Assembly (NCBI GenBank): GCA_963817915.1
Contig: CAWFQL010000012.1
Location: 320,001-384,000, forward strand
Source of the DNA: an uncultured candidate division Zixibacteria bacterium
GTDB taxonomy: Bacteria; Zixibacteria; MSB-5A5; UBA10806
Reading direction: 5' to 3'
DNA: 64,000 nt
A model generated the notes under the pieces. That model saw only the letters and a list, made by a program, of their open reading frames with translations. It searched no databases and was not told the origin of the DNA. This document shows positions 42,465 to 51,505 of this stretch, piece after piece. Each line of letters opens with the position of its first letter. Within the stretch, counting starts at the first letter, position 1. The position numbers were made by a program, and so were the translations under genes.

Positions 42465-43235
42465 TTATTCTTCATCCTTGAGCCGTTTTTCTATAAAAAA
42501 GTCCGGTATGCGAGAACACCCGCCTACAAGACAAAATGGGTCGATAATCTTCAAGGGTTCGCCGATTGCATACCCAAGGCCGTATTGTACTCCTACCTGA
42601 CCCCCGAAGCTTCGAGCTATCGATTCCAATGCCCATAAATAATCGCGATCCTTTTCAGGATTCAAAAATTGCGAACGGTGTGCCGATAATGCCTTTATCC
42701 ATTCGGCAAATTCCTCCGTGATATCAACTATGAATGTCGGAGTGATTTCGGGCGGTAGAAAATAATGGAATAAGCCATTAATGCGATGTATTGGCTCATC
42801 TAATGGAAGCTTTTTGAACGTGGCGTAATTGGCGGCATTGACTACGATTTGGCCGCATGCCACATGATCCGCGTGCGATTGACGTTTCCCGTGACCGCCA
42901 GTTGGCCACGGAGCTAATACCATAGTTGGCTTATGACGACGGATATATTTTGCCGCTTCCAGGCGAGTTTGATAATTATCCTCGAGCCTGCAATCCCCCA
43001 TATCGAGATGTGCCAGTACTTTCGTGCCCATAATTTTCGCGGCATCTTCAACTTCCTTGCGGCGAATTTCAGCGTTGCCGCCGGTTCCCATTTCACCCTG
43101 GGTAAAAATTACTATGCCTGTTTTATATCCCCGTTTATTCAATTTTATCAGCAGTCCGCCGCAACCCACTTCAACATCATCTGGATGCGCCCCAAATGCC
43201 AATAAATCTACATGCTCGAATTTGTTTTCTGCCAT
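42465..43235 (-). CDS. bshB1: PIG-L family deacetylase, bacillithiol biosynthesis BshB1-like
   Basis: AFGAHPDDVE, GEMGTGG, RRKEVEDAA, HADH, FIVDIT, AHRSQF. Confidence 0.8.
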   Translation of the reverse strand: MAENKFEHVDLLAFGAHPDDVEVGCGGLLIKLNKRGYKTGIVIFTQGEMGTGGNAEIRRKEVEDAAKIMGTKVLAHLDMGDCRLEDNYQTRLEAAKYIRRHKPTMVLAPWPTGGHGKRQSHADHVACGQIVVNAANYATFKKLPLDEPIHRINGLFHYFLPPEITPTFIVDITEEFAEWIKALSAHRSQFLNPEKDRDYLWALESIARSFGGQVGVQYGLGYAIGEPLKIIDPFCLVGGCSRIPDFFIEKRLKDEE

Positions 43236-43353
43236 AGGTTAATCTCCGCTAACCCGGGTAGGTAAATAATTGTCCATATCTATGATACAATATTGCGAAA
43301 AAAGAGAGCCCACGCAAGGGCAATTCACGATAGTCGATTAGTCGGGGAAAGTT

Positions 43354-44457
43354 TTAATGTGCGGTCATGAGAGAGTAAAGTGAATCCTGGCCAAAAGCCT
43401 TTTCTATATCGAGCATTTTTCTTAGCCCCTCGCTATACACAGAATTCCCATCAGTCATGATTTGCGCGAATTGGCTATAACCGAATGAATTCAAGGTTTT
43501 ATACGATATCCATTGGGCGAAACCTTCGGAGTCTTCTTTGGAAAGAGGCATTTTGCAATTCTCTGATTGCCACGCGTGCGTAATCTCATGAGATAAGACT
43601 TCCACAAAATCATTTTCCCTCAACCCATAGAGCGTATAAACAAACAAGCTGTCATCCTTGCGATAGAAAAGCCCCTTCAGGTCCTGGTCGGAATTCTTGG
43701 CTTTTTGTTTCAAAAAATCCTCACCCTGAAGCGAGTATTCGATTTTGTGATCCACCTTGATATTCAATGAACTCGATAAAAATCTAAGCACTTTATTTTT
43801 TATAGGCGTGACGTACCCGGGTTCGAATAAGGCCATCTTGCGGCAATCAGGGCAAAGATAACGGCCATCATTCAGCCGCGTACCATACGGTCCTGAAGGC
43901 GCGCCGCAATCGTCACAATGAGGATATCGAGCGACGCATTCCGCGCAATATTTTCTATCACGATTGTTTTCGAAAAACGTAAAATCGCCTGCCAGAGGAT
44001 TCCCGCAGGATCGACATTTTTCCCCTCTTGTAGAGCAATTTTGACAAAGATGCGTATTCCCAATTGTAATAAGATTGTTGGATGGTACTCCGCACTTATC
44101 ACAATGCGGCTTCGTCTTCATGCAGTTGTCGCAAACAGTCAGATTAAGTTCCGAGAAGACAACATACTTTCCTGTAATTATTTTATTGCACAACCCGCAT
44201 CGGGCCATTTTCCGATAACAATCCTGGCAGACAGGTCGATCTTCGACTATCAAAGTCGTTTTAGATAATTTGCCGCATATCGCGCAAAGCTTATATTTTC
44301 CCCAGCAATCGGCGCAATAGTTTCTGCCGTCCGGCGAACGAAAATAATTATCCGAAACTTCCTTTCCGCACAAATCACAATGGATAACCGCTGAATACAC
44401 CGCCGGCAGAGTCAGAAGCAGGATTGCGAAAATATAAAATACGACTCGTTTTGACAT
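43354..44457 (-). CDS. Secreted protein with tandem LIM-like Cys4 zinc fingers and a DA1-like zinc metallopeptidase domain
   Basis: Signal peptide; 12 CxxC motifs; VLSHEITHAW (HExxH) and SEGFAQWISY. Confidence 0.8.
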   Translation of the reverse strand: MSKRVVFYIFAILLLTLPAVYSAVIHCDLCGKEVSDNYFRSPDGRNYCADCWGKYKLCAICGKLSKTTLIVEDRPVCQDCYRKMARCGLCNKIITGKYVVFSELNLTVCDNCMKTKPHCDKCGVPSNNLITIGNTHLCQNCSTRGEKCRSCGNPLAGDFTFFENNRDRKYCAECVARYPHCDDCGAPSGPYGTRLNDGRYLCPDCRKMALFEPGYVTPIKNKVLRFLSSSLNIKVDHKIEYSLQGEDFLKQKAKNSDQDLKGLFYRKDDSLFVYTLYGLRENDFVEVLSHEITHAWQSENCKMPLSKEDSEGFAQWISYKTLNSFGYSQFAQIMTDGNSVYSEGLRKMLDIEKAFGQDSLYSLMTAH

Positions 44458-44464
44458 AATGGCT

Positions 44465-45313
44465 TTATTTTGTCTTATTGGTCAATTGCATGTTTTCGAG
44501 ATATTCCAAAGACATCAATAATTCACTTTCGGGGAATATTTCAAGAATAATATCGACACCGAGAGTATTGAAAATTTCAAGATATGTACCAACATCGACC
44601 TTATTATTCCCTATGGCCTTATGCCCGCCGCCGTCACGGTAGTCATGTAAATGCCCCATCTTGATATATTTCAGATTGTCGCGATAATATCGAATTATGC
44701 TTTCTCGTTTTGATGGTGAGCTATTTTCGGTATGGCCTGCATCCCAGACCAGGTATAATCCATGATTAGCGGTCAGATCGTTCAAAGCTTCGAGAAATAA
44801 TGGGGCGATAAAATTCGTATTCTCAAGACAAATTTTTATTCTGTCGCCGCTATATTCTAAAATTCGCTTAAGTGATTCCGAGAAGAGAAGCGAGACTTCT
44901 TTCGGAAATCTGTTTTCGATGAAAAACATTTTCTTCGTCGTAATCGAATAGAAGGCCTGCCGACCGGGGTGAAATATGAAATACTCGCTGCCCATATCTA
45001 TAGCCATATCGATCATTTCATACAGTCTTTCCAGTCCGGCATTACGAATCTTCTCATGACGATTCATCAACGGTATGTCTGTCGGCCCGTGAAAGCATAG
45101 AGAAATACCATCCTGCATTAAATCCTCTGATATCTTCTTTCGCGATTCTTTATTAAACCGCTCGGGGAAATACAGATGATTATCGAAATTGACCTGGACT
45201 AATTGAAATTGATGCTGTTTGGCGAAACTATGCAATTGATCGATATTGCCATTGCCATAGATATCAGCAAATCCAAGACGGCCTTTAATGTTTTTGCCTA
45301 TTTTGGAACTCAG
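44465..45313 (-). CDS. Sugar phosphate isomerase/epimerase (AP endonuclease 2) TIM-barrel protein
   Basis: FHGP, FIFHPG, CLENT, WDAGH, HLHD, ILEIF motifs; frame is open upstream of TTG 45235 to a CTG at 45313. Confidence 0.8.
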   Translation of the reverse strand: MSSKIGKNIKGRLGFADIYGNGNIDQLHSFAKQHQFQLVQVNFDNHLYFPERFNKESRKKISEDLMQDGISLCFHGPTDIPLMNRHEKIRNAGLERLYEMIDMAIDMGSEYFIFHPGRQAFYSITTKKMFFIENRFPKEVSLLFSESLKRILEYSGDRIKICLENTNFIAPLFLEALNDLTANHGLYLVWDAGHTENSSPSKRESIIRYYRDNLKYIKMGHLHDYRDGGGHKAIGNNKVDVGTYLEIFNTLGVDIILEIFPESELLMSLEYLENMQLTNKTK

Positions 45314-46578
45314 GTTTTTCTCTCTTTCTTTTTGGCGGCAGGGAAGAGCACGTTGTTGAGTATCAAACGATATCCTGGCGAATTCTTATGCAATTTCAGA
45401 TCAGTGGGTGGATCGCCAACCATATGCTGATAATCCTCAGGGTCGTGGCCTCCCAGGAATGTGAATGTTCCTTTCCCAAAATCACCATGAATATATTTAG
45501 CCTCATTTTTGCCGGGTGTCTCAGCCAAAATAATTACATGCTTCTTAATAGTATTTTTATTGAAACCTGTTGTTTGTCCCCAGAAGCCATTGATATTGTT
45601 GGTATGATCCTGCACGAGCATTGTCGGTACAGGATCCCATTTAGCGGAAAAATCGAATAGCGTAAAATAATCCGTCTGGGCATTAAGTCCGACGCTTCCT
45701 CGAGTAGGCGAGGTGTCTATATTTGAATGCTCATAAATCAGCGGATTAGTGACTACCTCGAAATTCTCGAATGCCATCGTGCGGTTGAAATCGAGCTTCT
45801 TCTGGCAATTGGCGTCGATCGCGTCGCCATCGGATTCAGCCGGGACTATATCAGTATTGTGAGCGGCAAGAGCTATATCGTAAGTGTCGGTTGCTGAACA
45901 CATGGCGAATAAAAATCCGCCTTCCCTGATATAATTTGTCATGGCATCTACAACCGCAAGTTTCAGTTTTGAGACTTTGGCGAATCCCAATTCCCTTGCC
46001 GTCTTTTCATTAAAAGCCTTATCCTGTTTATACCATAAGGTATTTCTATACGCGGCATAAAATTTTCCATATTGCCCGGTGAAATCCTCATGATGCAAGT
46101 GCACCCAGTCATATTGCGAAAGCTTCCCGGCCAAAACATCAGGATCCCAGATTAAATCGAATGGTATTTCAGCGTAGGTCAACGCCAGATTAACAGCGTC
46201 GTCCCACGGAAGATTTTTCCTGGTTGGCGGAGCGTATATAGCCACTTTTGGAGCCTTTTCCAAAAGGACTGATTCCATATTGTTTTCTTCAATTGTCTTT
46301 TTTATCTGGGCCTCATCCGCGCCCGAAATTTGCTCGAATGATACGCCTCTTAGCCTGCATAATTCCAAAATTTGCGGCAGATCATCCGAGAGGAAGGAAC
46401 CACCTCTGTAATTCAGCAACCATTCTACCTTGACTCCATATTTCAGACACCAATACGCTACTCCATAGGCTTTAAGATGATCGGTCTGACCGATATCCAT
46501 TGGTATCAGGATTTTGGAGGCAAATGCCGGCGAGACGCTAATTAGCGCCATCAAAAATATGCTTATGATTTTCTTCAC
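45310..46578 (-). CDS. Conserved secreted FCB-group protein (family often labelled 'asparagine synthetase B'), function unknown
   Basis: Signal peptide; LIPMD, HLKAYG, WLLNYRGGSF, PWDDAV, LHHEDFTGQYGKF, GGHDPEDY, YRLILNNVLFP. Confidence 0.8.
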   Translation of the reverse strand: MKKIISIFLMALISVSPAFASKILIPMDIGQTDHLKAYGVAYWCLKYGVKVEWLLNYRGGSFLSDDLPQILELCRLRGVSFEQISGADEAQIKKTIEENNMESVLLEKAPKVAIYAPPTRKNLPWDDAVNLALTYAEIPFDLIWDPDVLAGKLSQYDWVHLHHEDFTGQYGKFYAAYRNTLWYKQDKAFNEKTARELGFAKVSKLKLAVVDAMTNYIREGGFLFAMCSATDTYDIALAAHNTDIVPAESDGDAIDANCQKKLDFNRTMAFENFEVVTNPLIYEHSNIDTSPTRGSVGLNAQTDYFTLFDFSAKWDPVPTMLVQDHTNNINGFWGQTTGFNKNTIKKHVIILAETPGKNEAKYIHGDFGKGTFTFLGGHDPEDYQHMVGDPPTDLKLHKNSPGYRLILNNVLFPAAKKKERKT

Positions 46579-46715
46579 TTTAATTTTCCCCTATTAACAT
46601 ATCGTCAAAATACAAACAGATTTAAGACGCTAACCGTTCCTATTCCCAGGATCGATTTCTGTTCCATATTGTGATGATAAGAATCAATGATAATCAAAAC
46701 AATTCTTATTTTGTG

Positions 46716-46744
46716 GGAACCACACCGCAATCATAGTCGTTCTA
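46716..46744 (+). promoter_or_regulatory. Possible ECF-sigma promoter (GGAAC-N17-CGTTCTA)
   Basis: About 40 nt upstream of the 46787 ATG. Confidence 0.45.
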
Positions 46745-46786
46745 TGCCGTAATTAGCTGAAATTGAAACACTAAAAGGAGAATCAT

Positions 46787-47185
46787 ATGAAGAAACTAAA
46801 TACATTGATAATAGCCTTGGCCGTAATTATCAGTGCGGGAGTAGCAATCGCGCAGGAAGCGCAGAAATCAGCCACTGAGGCAGCAGCTCCAAAACAATCA
46901 ACCATAACCGGAGAAGTGGTCGAATTGACCTGCTATTCCACGATGGGCGCCAAAGGTGAAGCTCATAAAAGCTGTGCTATCACTTGCGCCAAAAATGGCC
47001 ACGATCTCGGGCTCTTAGAAGATGGTACTAATAAGCTTTATACGGTTATTGCAGCAATGGAAAAGAATCCCCAGAAGATGCTCCTGGATCATGTCGCGGA
47101 ACATGTTACGGTAAAAGGAACAATTCTCGATAAGGGCGGCATGGCAATAATCAATATGGAATCGATCGAGAAAGTAAAAAACTAA
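46787..47185 (+). CDS. Small secreted protein with CY...HxxCxxxC motif
   Basis: Signal peptide; TITGEVVELTCY...AHKSCAITCAKNG...VTVKG; SD AAGGAG. Confidence 0.8.
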   Translation: MKKLNTLIIALAVIISAGVAIAQEAQKSATEAAAPKQSTITGEVVELTCYSTMGAKGEAHKSCAITCAKNGHDLGLLEDGTNKLYTVIAAMEKNPQKMLLDHVAEHVTVKGTILDKGGMAIINMESIEKVKN

Positions 47186-47297
47186 TCTCATGGGCCTTAA
47201 CGACTATTGCGCGTTCGGCCTTGAATATGAGTGAATCAACAGGGAAACATCAGCGTAACAGCGATAAATTGACATCAGAATAACAACAGCGTTTCTT

Positions 47298-47326
47298 CAA
47301 AAAAAGGCGGGCAAAACCCGCCTTTT
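47298..47326. terminator. Bidirectional intrinsic terminator
   Basis: A-run + GGCGGG-CAAAA-CCCGCC + TTTT between convergent genes. Confidence 0.85.
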
Positions 47327-47349
47327 ATTATTACTTGAATTGAGCAGCC

Positions 47350-48351
47350 CTATTTCCTTAAAGTGACCTCGCCAGCCGAAATGATTTGAATGCCATTTTT
47401 AGTATTCAATCTTAAAGCTCCATTCTGATCGATTCCCGTGACAACCCCTATGGTCTTTTTGCTGCCAATTTTGACCTCGACCTCCTTGCCAAGGATCGCC
47501 GACCTTTTTGCCAGTTCAGGTCCAATAAAACGTAGTCCGTATCTAACGAAATTATGGTACGATTTCTCAAATTCGAAAAGCATCTTTCTCAGAAATGCGG
47601 CTCTGTCGATATGAATTCCTTTTTCTATCGCAAGTGATGTCGCTTTTGAACGAAGATTTGTTGGGAAATCACTTTTTGCCGTATTGACATTAATGCCTAC
47701 TCCCATAACGGCGTAGCTTACTTGATCCAATTCAGCAGTAAGCTCAACCAGTATACCCGCCACCTTTTTGCCGTTGATAAGGCAATCATTGGGCCATTTT
47801 AACGATGCTGTCAGCCCGGTGAAGCCGTCAATCGCGCGGCAGACAGCTAATCCGGCGACCAACGGAAGAGCCGGTAGTCGTTCGAACGTTAATTTAGGGC
47901 GAAGTATTATCGAAAAATATAGACCCTTGCCCGATGGTGAGTGCCAGGTTCGCCCAAGTCGGCCCCGCCCCTTGGTCTGCTTTTCGGAGATAACCAATGT
48001 TCCCTCAGGGAAATCGGCTTCCGCCATCCTTTTTGCCACTTCGTTTGTCGAACCGATAGACTTGAAGCTATGAATATTGGCTCCCATGATACGGCATTTC
48101 AGTCCCGCGTGCAGTATCGCCGGCAAAATGATATCTGGAATATTGTTTAGCTGACAGCCCTTGGTATCCTCGATAGTAATATCAATTCCAGATTCCTGTA
48201 GCTGCAAAATTGCATGCTTGATTATGCCTTTTTCCAGTCCCGAAATAGAAGACAATTCATTATATGGGAAAAATCTTCCGGGCGAGTCCTGCAAAATTTT
48301 CAAGACCGTCGCCTGAGTTTTGGCGGATATATCTTTTTTTACTTCTTCCAA
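47350..48351 (-). CDS. birA: Biotin--[acetyl-CoA carboxylase] ligase with N-terminal HTH
   Basis: GSTNEVA, QTKGRGRLGRTW, LKWPND, KKVAGILVE, GVGINVN. Confidence 0.95.
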   Translation of the reverse strand: MEEVKKDISAKTQATVLKILQDSPGRFFPYNELSSISGLEKGIIKHAILQLQESGIDITIEDTKGCQLNNIPDIILPAILHAGLKCRIMGANIHSFKSIGSTNEVAKRMAEADFPEGTLVISEKQTKGRGRLGRTWHSPSGKGLYFSIILRPKLTFERLPALPLVAGLAVCRAIDGFTGLTASLKWPNDCLINGKKVAGILVELTAELDQVSYAVMGVGINVNTAKSDFPTNLRSKATSLAIEKGIHIDRAAFLRKMLFEFEKSYHNFVRYGLRFIGPELAKRSAILGKEVEVKIGSKKTIGVVTGIDQNGALRLNTKNGIQIISAGEVTLRK

Positions 48352-49193
48352 CTAAGCACCTGGAATGATAAATCAAGGGCTGGCGCCGAATGAGTCAATT
48401 TTCCAATCGAAATTCTATCGACACCGGTGGCGGCTATTTTTCTGATATTATCCATACTTACATTGCCGGAAGATTCCAGAATTATATCAGGATTCATTCG
48501 CTTTGCCAGCGACACCGCTTTTTTAAGCAGGCTTACGGGAAAATTATCGAGCAGAATATAATCGGGATTTAACTTGATTGCCCTCTTGAGTTCAAGCAGA
48601 TTCCTTACTTCGATCTCGATTTTGGCTTTTGTTTGCTTTCGATGTTGAATAGTCAATTCCAGAGCTTCTTCCAGGCCTCCGGCAGCGGCGATATGATTCT
48701 CCTTTATCAGATACATATCGTATAGCCCGATTCTATGATTAATGCCACCTCCATCTTTAACAGCCTTTTTTTCAAGTAGCCTCATGCCTGGAGTGGTTTT
48801 TCTGGTGTCGAGGATTTTCGACTTATAGTCCGCGATTTCATTCACGTATTTTCTTGTCAATGACGCTATTCCGGATAGATGGCAAAGGAAATTCATCGAT
48901 GTTCTCTCGCCTATCAAAAGCAGATCAATCGGTCCGCTGATCTCAATTATCTTATCTCCCTTAATAACTTTGGAACCATCCTTTTTAAAAACCCTATAAG
49001 AAAATGAGGGAGACAATTGCTTGAATACCTGTCTAAATACATCGAGGCCCGAAATTACACCGGAAGCCTTGGCGATTACTCTGGCCCGGCCCTTTTCCCG
49101 TCTCAATCCGATAGCTTTAGTGGTGATATCCCCGGGGCCGATATCTTCCGAAAGCGCCAGGCGTATCAACTGATTGTGGAATCTATTTTTCAT
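48339..49193 (-). CDS. nadC: Nicotinate-nucleotide diphosphorylase (carboxylating)
   Basis: EDIGPGDITT, DTRKTTPGMR, NHRIGLYD, IKENHI, LLDNF, GKLTHSA. Confidence 0.96.
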   Translation of the reverse strand: MKNRFHNQLIRLALSEDIGPGDITTKAIGLRREKGRARVIAKASGVISGLDVFRQVFKQLSPSFSYRVFKKDGSKVIKGDKIIEISGPIDLLLIGERTSMNFLCHLSGIASLTRKYVNEIADYKSKILDTRKTTPGMRLLEKKAVKDGGGINHRIGLYDMYLIKENHIAAAGGLEEALELTIQHRKQTKAKIEIEVRNLLELKRAIKLNPDYILLDNFPVSLLKKAVSLAKRMNPDIILESSGNVSMDNIRKIAATGVDRISIGKLTHSAPALDLSFQVLSWKK

Positions 49194-49281
49194 AATGATA
49201 ATTTATCGCAGTCTCACATTAAGTCAAATGGAAATCTGTTGACATCGAAATCTGTATATGGTTATTATTAATGGAGACAAA

Positions 49282-50898
49282 ATGAACTATCCAAGGATCA
49301 TACCATGCGTCATGGAAAAACAGGGCGGTAAGACGTGCTGGCTCGACGCTGTCGAAAATAATAATACGCAGGCACTGATGCAGGACGATATTTTGATCTG
49401 CAAGGAATGCTCGACCTTTAAAGATATTATCAGCCGAGGTTTCGGAAGACGTACGGCCGACCAAACATTGGGCTCGACCATCGCCAAGCTGCTTCATGTG
49501 GTTGCGGATAGAAGCGCTCGTCTTAATCAAGCCAGGGAAGAGCTTGAAATTAAGGTCGAGGAATTGGCGCTAATGAAAATAATAACCGATGCCGTCGTCA
49601 AGACAAACGATATGCCCAAGGCATTAAGGATAATTCTCACCGGCGTAACTTCCGGTGGGGCGTTTGGATTCAATCGAGCAGGCATTTTTCTTGTCGATCA
49701 AAGAAACGAATTCCTTGTTGGACGGCAGGCCGTAGGGCCAGACAATAGCGAGCAGGCTGAGCGAATCTGGAGCCAGCTTCAGCTTCTCACATTCGAACAG
49801 CAGATTAATAATATCCTCGAGTATCCCGATATCGAACGAGATAAAATTCATGAATTAATAGAGCAGATTAAGATATCGCTGACCGATTCCAATAATATTT
49901 TCATACAAGCACTCATGGCAGAACGACCTACATTCTTCAAAAAACACGACCTGGCGCCCGAGATGATCGAAAAGATTCAAAAATACTTTGATTTCAATGA
50001 GTTCGTGGCTGTGCCACTTCGAGCTGAGGGCCAGATTATGGGTCTGATGATAGCCGATAATTATTATACCCACAAGCCCATAACGGATTCATCGATTGTC
50101 GCTCTTGAGACGCTCGCCAATACCTGTACTAGTGTCCTTGAAAAAACAATTCTTCATGAGCAGCTTTCGGAACGATTTAAAGAATTAGAGCATGTCAACA
50201 AGCTACTGAGGGAAAATCAAAATTATCTGATTCAAACAGAAAGGCTTGCCGATATCGGCAAGCTCGCCACAACAGTCGCCCATGAATTCAAGACTCCTCT
50301 GGTCACGATCGGTGGCTATACCAGAAGAGCCCTTAGAAACGTTGGAACCAGTAAATTCAATAAGAGAGATCTCGAGATAATATCATCCGAGGTGAAACGG
50401 CTTGAAATTATTACCGCGGAAATACTGGAATATTCAAGACAATCGAAACTAAAAACAGAACCGCACAGTATAAATAAATTGGTTAGAGACGCGTTGTCTA
50501 TTCTGAAAGATAAATTTTCAACTCGCGGTATTAAATTGAAAATGGTTTTTGATGGTCAAAATCCTCGGGCATCGCTTGACGAAAGACGTTTCGTACAGGT
50601 GATTTACAATTTAGTGGACAATGCTTTTGATGCCATGAAACCCGGAATGACTCTTCGGATCGCTACTCGAGCAGACAGCGAATTTGTGATTTTGGAAATT
50701 CAGGATAACGGTTCCGGAATTGCCGACGAATATCATGACAAGCTCTACACGCCATTTTTTACGACAAAATCCAAAGGATCGGGGCTGGGGCTGGCTGTTT
50801 CCAAAAAAATAATCGATGATCACGGAGGGCGCATCGAATTTGAAACTGCGATGGGAAAAGGGACTAAATTTTCGATCCTTTTCCCGAAGATCGACTGA
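49282..50898 (+). CDS. Cytoplasmic sensor histidine kinase (Cys-rich N-terminus, GAF, HisKA, HATPase)
   Basis: FGFNRAGIFL GAF region, AHEFKTPL, NLVDNA, DNGSGI, FFTTKSKGSGLGL; ATG 49282 has a GGAGA SD. Confidence 0.92.
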   Translation: MNYPRIIPCVMEKQGGKTCWLDAVENNNTQALMQDDILICKECSTFKDIISRGFGRRTADQTLGSTIAKLLHVVADRSARLNQAREELEIKVEELALMKIITDAVVKTNDMPKALRIILTGVTSGGAFGFNRAGIFLVDQRNEFLVGRQAVGPDNSEQAERIWSQLQLLTFEQQINNILEYPDIERDKIHELIEQIKISLTDSNNIFIQALMAERPTFFKKHDLAPEMIEKIQKYFDFNEFVAVPLRAEGQIMGLMIADNYYTHKPITDSSIVALETLANTCTSVLEKTILHEQLSERFKELEHVNKLLRENQNYLIQTERLADIGKLATTVAHEFKTPLVTIGGYTRRALRNVGTSKFNKRDLEIISSEVKRLEIITAEILEYSRQSKLKTEPHSINKLVRDALSILKDKFSTRGIKLKMVFDGQNPRASLDERRFVQVIYNLVDNAFDAMKPGMTLRIATRADSEFVILEIQDNGSGIADEYHDKLYTPFFTTKSKGSGLGLAVSKKIIDDHGGRIEFETAMGKGTKFSILFPKID

Positions 50899-50987
50899 TT
50901 TTGCTTTATTTTATTTGTTTTATGTAGTACACGGCTACATGAATTGTGAATTAACTTGAAAATATAACATCAGTTCTGGGGGATATA

Positions 50988-51383
50988 ATGAAACCTATAA
51001 TGGTCGTTGAAGATGAGGTCTTTCTTCTTGATCTCTACAAAGACGAACTCGAAGAGGCCGGTTTCACGGTCAGGCCTATTTCAACTGGACGAGAAGCAAT
51101 TGAATGGGTCAAAAAAGAACGGCCCCATGTAGTGGTTCTTGATATCAAGCTCGATGACATGGAAGGCCTTAAGGTGTTAGAAGAGATCAAAGGGATCGAC
51201 CGCACAATACCAGTCATTCTAAATTCCGCTTATTCGGTCTACAAGGCTGATTTCGCCAGTTGGATGGCAGACGATTATATCGTCAAATCATCCGATACTG
51301 CCGAGCTGGTCGGAAAAGTCAGAAAATTCGCAGATAAACATGTCGCCAAAAATGAAATCGAACGGCCCGGTGCAAGTGTTTAG
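50988..51383 (+). CDS. Single-domain response regulator
   Basis: VVEDE, VVLDIKL, PVILNSAY, DDYIVKS. Confidence 0.93.
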   Translation: MKPIMVVEDEVFLLDLYKDELEEAGFTVRPISTGREAIEWVKKERPHVVVLDIKLDDMEGLKVLEEIKGIDRTIPVILNSAYSVYKADFASWMADDYIVKSSDTAELVGKVRKFADKHVAKNEIERPGASV

Positions 51384-51442
51384 CAAGTATATTGACCTGC
51401 CAATCTGCGATTTTCAAGCGCGGAATTCCACATCCGGCAAAT

Positions 51443-51473
51443 AAAAACGCCGGCAGTCAATTTTACTACCGGC
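51443..51473 (-). terminator. Intrinsic terminator
   Basis: Minus strand GCCGGTAGT-loop-ACTGCCGGC followed by GTTTTT. Confidence 0.65.
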
Positions 51474-51505
51474 ATTTAGTGCTACTTCTATCCCGATAAA
51501 AAAAC

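Noticed and set aside
43840..44390. Multiheme cytochrome
   Set aside because: All 12 motifs are CxxC and none is CxxCH
45310..46578. True asparagine synthetase B
   Set aside because: Has a signal peptide and lacks the N-terminal Cys glutaminase and SGGLDS motifs
46672..46696. Second Fur-like box
   Set aside because: Only about 12 of 19 matches in AT-rich DNA
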